Position numbers and translations under genes: made by a program
In this document: one piece after another, positions 1-7,050 of the stretch
How positions within the stretch are numbered: position 1 is the first letter of the stretch
How the letters are laid out: every line of letters begins with the position of its first letter
NCBI GenBank assembly: GCA_043797665.1
Contig: JAZDPL010000041.1
Location: 1-13,036, forward strand
DNA length: 13,036 nucleotides
Direction: 5' to 3'
Source of the DNA: Candidatus Omnitrophota bacterium
Lineage (GTDB): Bacteria > Ratteibacteria > UBA8468 > MWAK01
Notes under the pieces: model-generated
Told to the model about the DNA's origin: nothing
The model's input: the letters and a program-made list of their open reading frames with translations, nothing else
Database searches by the model: none

Positions 1-17
1 TACCTAACATTTCGTTA

Positions 18-791
18 CTAAAGGTTCTTAATCCAGTTCCGGGTCCATTCCACCGTTGCCAGTCCCAGGTCGCAGATACAACTGGCCAGGAATATCATTC
101 CCTCAATTCTGCCTTCCTTGAGCCATTTCAGACCTGACTGACATTGTTTTTCCATCATAGAGACCGGCATCTCCGTTCCTTCGCCGTAGTTGTACATATA
201 GCATCCCAGAACCAGCCGGCAGTTACACCTTCGGGCAATCTTTTCCGCTTCGGTAAAATTCTGCTCCAGATTGTTGAGGTTGGATGCCTTCCATGTCCAG
301 AAGGTGATGATATCACATTCTTTTAAATACGCATCTGACGGAAGTCTTAACTGGTTGTCGTAGAGCACAACCCAGAGGTCCAGTTTTCGGTTGCCAACAG
401 TGAGGTTTTCTTGCGTTTCCGCAAGGTCCTGGGGTGTCAGCGCCGCTTCTTTTTCTCCCCCGCCGAAGAAATCATCCATTATGACACCGCAAATATTGGG
501 ATAGCGATTGGCAAGGCTGCAGATTAAACTAATCTCATCATCCTTATCGTGCGAACCTCCTGCACCGACAATTGACCACACTACTCGTTTCAAGGGACTG
601 AGTGCTTTAACATCTTTATCATAAGGAGGTGCTGGTCTGTTCCCATACCGCACCATCACCACGTTTGGAACGCCAAGATAGGATGCCCCTTCAACCGGGG
701 TCATCCAGGAAAGCCCCTGGATATTAGATTGATTGTTATGGCTGCCCGCCTCGTGTCCCCATATCCACATTTTATCTTTTACCTCTGTCAT
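18..791 (-). CDS. Hypothetical protein, small putative TIM barrel with a DD motif
   Basis: 257-aa ORF with alternating strand/helix pattern (MWIWG, VVMV, VVWSI, GVIMD106-D107-FF, LWVVLY, ITFWTW, LGCYMY, EGMIF). SD AAGGGGG. Tandem stops TAG TAA. Confidence 0.7.
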   Translation of the reverse strand: MTEVKDKMWIWGHEAGSHNNQSNIQGLSWMTPVEGASYLGVPNVVMVRYGNRPAPPYDKDVKALSPLKRVVWSIVGAGGSHDKDDEISLICSLANRYPNICGVIMDDFFGGGEKEAALTPQDLAETQENLTVGNRKLDLWVVLYDNQLRLPSDAYLKECDIITFWTWKASNLNNLEQNFTEAEKIARRCNCRLVLGCYMYNYGEGTEMPVSMMEKQCQSGLKWLKEGRIEGMIFLASCICDLGLATVEWTRNWIKNL

Positions 792-851
792 AATCCCCCT
801 TTTTCAGTGGTCCGTTAGTCCGGTAAACATCGGCAGGACCTTTTTCCCGTT

Positions 852-1919
852 TTAAAACTTAAGATTCAGAAGAATCTGACGGTAATAAACAAAGTTTTCC
901 CAGGGAACGTCCGGTGGTATGGCGTGGTCGCAACCCGGGAAATAACCGCCCTCCTGCATCAGAGGGATTTTTTCCTCTACCATCCGCCGGATGGATTCTT
1001 TATCCAGAGCCAGAACGCGCTTATCCATTCCGCCGCCGATAATCAGGTCTTTGCCGAACTTCTTTCGTAATGCGAGCACGTCCATTCCCGCGGCGACTTC
1101 CATCGGATAGATGAAGTTAATCCCGACGTCCAGCCAGCAGGGAATCAGTTGCTCTACGTTTCCATCGCTGTCCAGCATTATGATATCTATGCCTGCCTTG
1201 TGGAGCCGGTCGGTAATCCGGCGGTACTGAGGCAGAAAGATGCGGCGGTAATGCGCCGGACTGATTAGCGAGGCGGTTTTGTAAGCCATATCTTCCCAAA
1301 GCACGGCAAAGTCGTATTCCACACCCTGGAGCGCCTTTTCCAGGATTCCCAAAATACATCCGGTGATATCCGCGGCGGCCTCTTCCAGAAAAGCCGGGTC
1401 GTCATAGACAAGCAGACTGATTTGCTCCACCCCAATCCAGTTCCTCAACCATCCGTAGAGACTACCGCAATTGATGCCCAGCGGAAAATCCCGGCCCGGA
1501 TACTGCTTCTTGATGCTCTCCCAATACAACGGGAAACGTGCCGGACTGTCCGGATTAAGGCGCTTTTTGAAATCCGGCCAGTTTTCTCTTCCTTTAAGCG
1601 GGTAGTCCAGGTACTGCGGCATGCCGGGCGGTGGAACATCTTTAAGTTTCTTCTTGATAACGCCGTCGGAATCCCGATAAATTTCGTATGCTCCGTCTTC
1701 TTTAATTTTCTTATACTCAAAAGCCGGGCAGAGATAGGTGTTGACGTTTACGTTTTCCATCCGGTCCAGTCCGGCGTAATAGGACCAACCGGAATCGATC
1801 GGAAGACCTTCTTTCTCCCAGCGGTGTATTGTTTCCTCGTACGGTCCCATCTCCCAGTGGAACAAGCGGCTAAATTTTCTGTAATGTGTAACTGCCTGAA
1901 AAACTTCCCGTGAATTCAT
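852..1919 (-). CDS. Uroporphyrinogen decarboxylase (URO-D/CIMS) superfamily protein, not HemE
   Basis: N-terminal MNSRE, then EDMAYKTASLISP, LDSDGNV, LRKKFGKDLIIGGGMD and GGYFPGCDHAIPPDVPWENF. It lacks the HemE RQAGR motif. SD AGGAGGAG overlaps the upstream stop codon. Confidence 0.88.
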   Translation of the reverse strand: MNSREVFQAVTHYRKFSRLFHWEMGPYEETIHRWEKEGLPIDSGWSYYAGLDRMENVNVNTYLCPAFEYKKIKEDGAYEIYRDSDGVIKKKLKDVPPPGMPQYLDYPLKGRENWPDFKKRLNPDSPARFPLYWESIKKQYPGRDFPLGINCGSLYGWLRNWIGVEQISLLVYDDPAFLEEAAADITGCILGILEKALQGVEYDFAVLWEDMAYKTASLISPAHYRRIFLPQYRRITDRLHKAGIDIIMLDSDGNVEQLIPCWLDVGINFIYPMEVAAGMDVLALRKKFGKDLIIGGGMDKRVLALDKESIRRMVEEKIPLMQEGGYFPGCDHAIPPDVPWENFVYYRQILLNLKF

Positions 1920-1922
1920 AAT

Positions 1923-1930
1923 CTCCTCCT
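1923..1930 (-). promoter_or_regulatory. Shine-Dalgarno site of the URO-D-like gene
   Basis: T-AGGAGGAG-ATT-ATG, overlapping the TAG stop of the upstream gene. Confidence 0.8.
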
Positions 1931-3875
1931 ACCAAACCCAAATATCCAGGACTACCACACCTTTTCCCGGGACCCGGACAATAAATTTCGACCCGTTAAA
2001 TGCAACGGGTTTATACGGAAACTTGGTTATCGTCCTGATACGGCGTATTTTTTTCTCCAAATCAATTTCCGGGTGGACATACCCGAACTCGTCATTTCTG
2101 ATAAAAAGGCGAATTACATCTTTTCCGTGTGTCATCATTAGAATTTTTACCGGCACATTATTTAACACCTTAACACCGTCAACTAATTGAGATAGTATTT
2201 CCGCACATCGTGTCAGGAAACTCTCTGATATTTTACGGGAATAAAGGTCCAGGCAATAGATGGGTGGTTCTTCCACCCCTGGAATGTCGTCAGGTATTTC
2301 CTCTTTACTTTCACTGACAATTTCGAGGAGATAAACGTCCTTAAATTGAAAATCCGGGTCTGAAGAAAATTTTTTCTTTTTGCCGATCATCACTACCGGG
2401 CCATTTTTATAGGCAAGTATTTTCTTTAATTCTTCTTCCGGGAAACAATGATGGTTGATTACCAGAACGGGACCCCGCACCTTATCTATATTATCGATAT
2501 TAACGACAGTGTAAATCGGAGCTCCTTTTGCCAATAAGCGATAGAGAATATTGTGGGTTGGGGCACATCTTGTTTTCACAAAATCAGCCAATTGATTTTC
2601 CAGCGCCTTATCAGACCAGACTAAAGTTGGCCCGGCGATAAACTCGGGAATCGTCTCAAAACTACGGGTCCAGTTGTATTTCAGCCACTGCCACTCTTCA
2701 TGATTAATACCGTCTGCCAGACAGACCAGAAAACCTTCAATACACCTCTTAAGGTTATTCTGAGCGTCAAGGTGAAATAGGTTGGGATAGGTATAAATCT
2801 CTTTTTCCAACAGGGTCGGCGCGTGACGCAACACCTCCCAGTTTTCGTTTACGTCATGGATATGGTTAAGAGCCGTAATTTTTGCATCAGGGATGCTGGC
2901 CTTGGTCAAAAGAATGGTCGCCATTATTTTATAAAAGAAATCCGGGTAAACTAATCCTTCCGCTCCTATTTCATTACCGGCCCCGGGGCACTCTTGAATA
3001 AAATAATCTACCCCGGTATCGGCAATCTTTCGGTAATCTATTCCATAACGGTAGATTGCTTCAAAAGGGTCCCTGGTCCAGGAGGTATTGAATAGAACCT
3101 GCTTTCCTTCATTGTGTACGGCATTTACAATTTTACCGCAGTGTTCTTCCCACCGTTGCACAAAGAAGGTTATCCATTCAACACGCCTGTTTCGCCAGAT
3201 CCAATCAGCCCTTTTTTCCGACCGGGGTTTATTACCGTCGCTTTTCCCGGAGATATCCTTCGGGAGTTTTATTCCGGCGCTTTCCGTAAACTGGTCAACC
3301 ATATCGTCAGAGTAATCTGACCAGTATAGCGGCATCCGCAAGTGGTTACATCCATCGGCACAATGGAAGCCGTCAAACCCGTAATCTCTTATTACTTCAA
3401 TTAATTTTCTCGCAAAAAAATCTTCATAGTAGGTACCGTCTTTTAACCGTGTCAACGGGTTTATGGAATTGATTTTCTCGCCGGTTCGTGTCGTGGCAAG
3501 AATTTCCCGGTGTTTGCCTGCCCATTCATCATGGAACATATTGTTGAGAAAAATGTCAAAAACCGCGAAATAAACTTTTATTCCGTATTTATGAAATTCG
3601 GCAATAAACTTTTTTAATTCACATTTTGTCCAGGACTGTCTTTTTTTCCCTTCTCCGCAGGGGAGTCGGCCCCCATAAGAACAAAAATCAGGTGGAAAAG
3701 ATTCATCTCCGGCCGCCGTATCATGCAGATGAACAAAATCGGCCGAAGAAACAAGTAAAGATAATAGACCGGGAACGAATCCCGCGTTATCAAGATATTT
3801 CTTAACGCCAAAATCACTTTTCCGGTTATCGAATCCAATCAGCTCTATCCAGAGCCACTTTTCATACTTTTTCAT
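1929..3875 (-). CDS. Hypothetical cytoplasmic protein, probable GH-like TIM barrel followed by alpha/beta and beta-sandwich domains
   Basis: Barrel-type motifs ELKKFIAEFHKYGIKVY, YGFDGFHCADG and VDYFIQE. No signal peptide. Start revised from the TTG at 3896 to the ATG at 3875 (MKKYEK), which has GGAGAG 8 nt upstream. Confidence 0.6.
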   Translation of the reverse strand: MKKYEKWLWIELIGFDNRKSDFGVKKYLDNAGFVPGLLSLLVSSADFVHLHDTAAGDESFPPDFCSYGGRLPCGEGKKRQSWTKCELKKFIAEFHKYGIKVYFAVFDIFLNNMFHDEWAGKHREILATTRTGEKINSINPLTRLKDGTYYEDFFARKLIEVIRDYGFDGFHCADGCNHLRMPLYWSDYSDDMVDQFTESAGIKLPKDISGKSDGNKPRSEKRADWIWRNRRVEWITFFVQRWEEHCGKIVNAVHNEGKQVLFNTSWTRDPFEAIYRYGIDYRKIADTGVDYFIQECPGAGNEIGAEGLVYPDFFYKIMATILLTKASIPDAKITALNHIHDVNENWEVLRHAPTLLEKEIYTYPNLFHLDAQNNLKRCIEGFLVCLADGINHEEWQWLKYNWTRSFETIPEFIAGPTLVWSDKALENQLADFVKTRCAPTHNILYRLLAKGAPIYTVVNIDNIDKVRGPVLVINHHCFPEEELKKILAYKNGPVVMIGKKKKFSSDPDFQFKDVYLLEIVSESKEEIPDDIPGVEEPPIYCLDLYSRKISESFLTRCAEILSQLVDGVKVLNNVPVKILMMTHGKDVIRLFIRNDEFGYVHPEIDLEKKIRRIRTITKFPYKPVAFNGSKFIVRVPGKGVVVLDIWVW

Positions 3876-3883
3876 GGTACTTA

Positions 3884-3889
3884 CTCTCC
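3884..3889 (-). promoter_or_regulatory. Shine-Dalgarno site supporting the start at 3875
   Basis: GGAGAG 8 nt upstream of the ATG at 3875. Confidence 0.7.
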
Positions 3890-3892
3890 GTG

Positions 3893-4900
3893 TCAAGGGT
3901 TGAAGAACGAATCCTTCAGGAAATCAATCTTTAATTTTTCAATCCGTATTTGCAATTCTTCAACTCTCGACGGGAGACGGAGTGAAAAATTCTTCAGGTC
4001 ATCTTTTAAGGCATCTCTTTCCTCAGGTGTGAGCAGGTCTATCTTTTTAACCTCTTCCGCAACCGCGTACCAGCCTATTTCTTGGAAAAGAGATTGCATC
4101 TTCCGGGAAAGAACCGGGTCTCTCTTTTTGTAATAAGAGATGAACTCTTCAATTTCTTTCCACTGTTCCCGAATCAATATCTTTTCTGCTTTCGCACACT
4201 CAAGCGGGAGACCGGTGAAGAATATCACGCCAAAATTTTCCGGTTCGTGAAAGTTGGTTTTCAGGTACGACCAGGTAGTATGAGGGTCAGAGTCGGGTGT
4301 AAGAGTGTTACGGCCGACATTAAAAAACCATCGTTCTCCTTTCTGCGGTTTCTTTCCCAGGACTGCAAAGGGTATCTTCATTTCCACCGAATAGAAGTCT
4401 TTTCCTTTAGATATTTTTACCTGCCAGTTCCATAAAGGGAAAGAATTAGCATTGCCGGCTTTTAAATTAAGACGGGCACCGGTAGTATTGACCGCAAACT
4501 GAAAGCAGTCCGGTTTCTTTGAAGGGAAGACAAATATTTCTATTCCATCCTCGCTCCAGACCGCCTCGTTGTCTTTTAATTGGGCTTTTACCTTATCCAT
4601 CTCCGGTTCAGAACATATTACCCCGAAATAAAGATTTTTTTCATCATAGCCCACTCGTAAAGATGTATTCTTTTTAGCTGTCTCTTTTGTGCCCAGTTTT
4701 AAAAAGTTTTTCTCCTCCAGAACCTTATCCCAGACAGGGTCGCCGGCTACCTCTCCGTCAATGACCGGCGGTTTGGGGAAATAACCGGCCGGATAAAATC
4801 GGCAGATTCGGGGTACTTCTGCGGAAAAAGCCGGAACCGAAAAGAAGAAGAAAAAGAAGACCGTACAGAATAAAACTGGCCGGTACCGATTTTGCCGCAT
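3893..4900 (-). CDS. Secreted CBM9-like (DOMON-like) sugar-binding protein with a helical C-terminal tail
   Basis: Motifs PPVIDG..DPVW, YDEKNLYFGV, VWSEDGIEIF, YSVEMKIPF, WFFNVGRN and FHEPENFG. Signal peptide ends AFSA|E. Start 4900 is preferred over 4930 because GGGGAAG lies 7 nt upstream and it places the signal peptide at the N-terminus. Confidence 0.8.
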   Translation of the reverse strand: MRQNRYRPVLFCTVFFFFFFSVPAFSAEVPRICRFYPAGYFPKPPVIDGEVAGDPVWDKVLEEKNFLKLGTKETAKKNTSLRVGYDEKNLYFGVICSEPEMDKVKAQLKDNEAVWSEDGIEIFVFPSKKPDCFQFAVNTTGARLNLKAGNANSFPLWNWQVKISKGKDFYSVEMKIPFAVLGKKPQKGERWFFNVGRNTLTPDSDPHTTWSYLKTNFHEPENFGVIFFTGLPLECAKAEKILIREQWKEIEEFISYYKKRDPVLSRKMQSLFQEIGWYAVAEEVKKIDLLTPEERDALKDDLKNFSLRLPSRVEELQIRIEKLKIDFLKDSFFNP

Positions 4901-4933
4901 ATTAATGCTTCCCCGTTTTATCGGTTGCATTCC

Positions 4934-7030
4934 TTAGCGTAGCTTTAAGATATAATCAATTATTTCTAAACGGATGAGGTCAGGGTTTTTATGTTCTACA
5001 TCAAGATTCTCTAAGTATTCTTCCGCCTTCCGGGCAATTCCTGTTTTCGGCCCGCTTTTTTTTGCTTTCTCAATCAGCAGTTTCAGGGTAGTGCCGTAAC
5101 GGATGTCGTCAATTGCTTCCCGGTATCCCTCCCAGGCAATCGTGTCGATCACTCCGTTTACTGTAGAGTAGGCAAAACTGTATTCCTTTCCATTGGTAGT
5201 GAAATCGTTCCAGGGACCATTAATATAAGCCCAGGTAGCAGCGCCATCGTAGTTTGCTTTCCAAAGTAGGAAGCCAAAATTCTTTCGGAAAAGCGCCGGA
5301 TTTTCCGGTCCTGCCTGGGGGTTGGCGTAACACCAAATCCGATGATTAACCGAATGCCATTTGTCCGCTTCTTCTTTTACCGGTTCGCAAGCGGAGACAA
5401 ACACGTCCAGGATATCACCCACCAGTTCAAAGTTACCCTGTTTGGTACCCATTATGCCGGGCCGATATCCGGCCACAAAGATCTTACCGCCGGCTTCCCG
5501 TATTGCCTCCCACGCGGGACGCTCGGCTGTTACCTGTTCGTCTTTAGCTTCATCCTGACCGTAGAAATAGACCTCTGGAATGCCGTAAGATTTGCAGAAG
5601 CCGAGCACCTCTTTGACGCGTATTTTTAACGCCGCCAATTTTTCAGGAGGGATGGGAAAACCTTTCTTTAATCCCGTAAAATCACACCCCAGAAAGGAGC
5701 CTATATCCGCTCCTATAAAATAAAGCGCTTGTTTTCCCATCCCCACTTCATTCCAGATGTCCAGGTATTCCCCAAGGAATTCCGAATAATCTGGATTTTT
5801 ATAGGATTGGTGGACAGTAGGACTGGTTACTCCGTGGGCAAGCATATTCTTCAGTTCTGATTTTAATTGTTCCTTGCTTTTCCAAATTCCAGAAATAGTT
5901 CCTTTAGGGTAATTATAAGGGTAATCAGAGCTGAAGCTGAGACGGGAGGCATAGTAAATGGAACTGATGAAATCCCGGTGAGGGTCATAGCAGGTTTTTG
6001 GAGAAGCGAGCTTAAAGGGGAGAACCCGCAATTTTAAAGTAATAGTACCCAGGGTTTTTCCTTCGGACGAAAGGTTGATGGAGCCGGTATAGACACCACC
6101 CTTAGCATCTTCCGGGACATTCACCGTAACCCAGAATTGCTTGTTGGTCCGTGCCGGAATATTTGCCGGTAAAAGCACCGGACTGTCCTTGACCGGAAAC
6201 TTTTCTACCGTGAGCCAAGGTTCTCTAACTTCATTAGGGTTGCTTATCCAGATATACTTTTCTCCTTCCGGAAAGATTAATTTAAGATAATTTTCTTCTT
6301 TTTCGATATCGACCTTCACCAGTGTATCATCGTTCAACAGAAGTTCCGGAACAAGGGCTTTCGTTCCTCCTACGAATTCACCACTATTCCAGCCTATCCC
6401 GGTTTGATACCAGCACTTAACCACTTTAAGGTCTATGCTGGATGATGGAATAGTTCCCTGAGTGCCTTTTAGGTCGCTTGCTTTCAGCGTCAGGACGTTC
6501 AGGTCATCCTTGTAGTAGAGTACAAAGCTGGCTGGTTCGTATTCGCCAGGCGTTGCCACTATCTTAATTTCGTTTGAAATTTCACCCGGCATAAAGGGGT
6601 CGAAGGGTAATACCTTTGTACCGTCAATGGGTGAAACAATAAAAGTAATTAACCCGGGTCCGCTGATAAGGACTCCCATGCGGGTGATGCTATCTTTTAT
6701 CTGTCCTACAATAAGGTTTCCCTCCTCTTCTTCTTGGGTTCTGAGAGAACCTCTGCTCTTGGCTTTTTTAATAATTGTTTGCAGCGCATAAAAATTTATC
6801 TTTGTTTCTATCTCTTTCTTCATTCTTTCAGCGGCGCCCGGCGAATGGTAGAGGTCGGCAAGCGTTTTTTCTTTTTCGGTTATTTCGGCTAATGCTTTTT
6901 CCCAGCCACTTATTTTCTCATTGAATTCTGCCTTTGTCGGATCTGACCCTTCGGCTCTCGCCTCACTGACAATTAAAAACGACCATAGACTGAACGCTAC
7001 CAAGGTACCCCACAAAATTTTCCTGTTCAT
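4934..7030 (-). CDS. Secreted GH123-like / DUF4091-type putative glycoside hydrolase
   Basis: Signal peptide ending ARA|E. Motifs GEYEPASF, QFWVTVNVPEDAKGGVYTGSI, LRVLPFKL, adjacent acidic pair YFYGQD493-E494, and C-terminal WEGYREAIDDIRY (DUF4091-like). SD AAGGAG. Confidence 0.75.
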   Translation of the reverse strand: MNRKILWGTLVAFSLWSFLIVSEARAEGSDPTKAEFNEKISGWEKALAEITEKEKTLADLYHSPGAAERMKKEIETKINFYALQTIIKKAKSRGSLRTQEEEEGNLIVGQIKDSITRMGVLISGPGLITFIVSPIDGTKVLPFDPFMPGEISNEIKIVATPGEYEPASFVLYYKDDLNVLTLKASDLKGTQGTIPSSSIDLKVVKCWYQTGIGWNSGEFVGGTKALVPELLLNDDTLVKVDIEKEENYLKLIFPEGEKYIWISNPNEVREPWLTVEKFPVKDSPVLLPANIPARTNKQFWVTVNVPEDAKGGVYTGSINLSSEGKTLGTITLKLRVLPFKLASPKTCYDPHRDFISSIYYASRLSFSSDYPYNYPKGTISGIWKSKEQLKSELKNMLAHGVTSPTVHQSYKNPDYSEFLGEYLDIWNEVGMGKQALYFIGADIGSFLGCDFTGLKKGFPIPPEKLAALKIRVKEVLGFCKSYGIPEVYFYGQDEAKDEQVTAERPAWEAIREAGGKIFVAGYRPGIMGTKQGNFELVGDILDVFVSACEPVKEEADKWHSVNHRIWCYANPQAGPENPALFRKNFGFLLWKANYDGAATWAYINGPWNDFTTNGKEYSFAYSTVNGVIDTIAWEGYREAIDDIRYGTTLKLLIEKAKKSGPKTGIARKAEEYLENLDVEHKNPDLIRLEIIDYILKLR

Positions 7031-7035
7031 TAGTT

Positions 7036-7041
7036 CTCCTT
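7036..7041 (-). promoter_or_regulatory. Shine-Dalgarno site of the GH123-like gene
   Basis: AAGGAG 5 nt upstream of the ATG at 7030. Confidence 0.8.
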
Positions 7042-7050
7042 TTTTTAAAC

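Noticed and set aside
809..840. GGTCC...GGACC inverted repeat in the 60-nt gap as a terminator or riboswitch
   Set aside because: The stem is only 5 bp with a poorly paired interior, there is no U-tract on the coding strand, and it is too short for a riboswitch.
852..1919. Calling this gene hemE or mtaA
   Set aside because: It lacks the HemE RQAGR motif and the MtaA H-x-C zinc motif, and no heme or corrinoid genes are nearby.
4841..4860. (GAA)n/A-rich tract as a phase-variable repeat
   Set aside because: It is short and imperfect, simply encodes the six-Phe hydrophobic core of a signal peptide, and the frame is intact.
3876..4930. ORF-track starts at 3896 (TTG) and 4930 (ATG)
   Set aside because: The downstream ATGs at 3875 and 4900 have properly spaced SD-like sites. 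At 4930 the TAAGGA abuts the ATG with no spacer.
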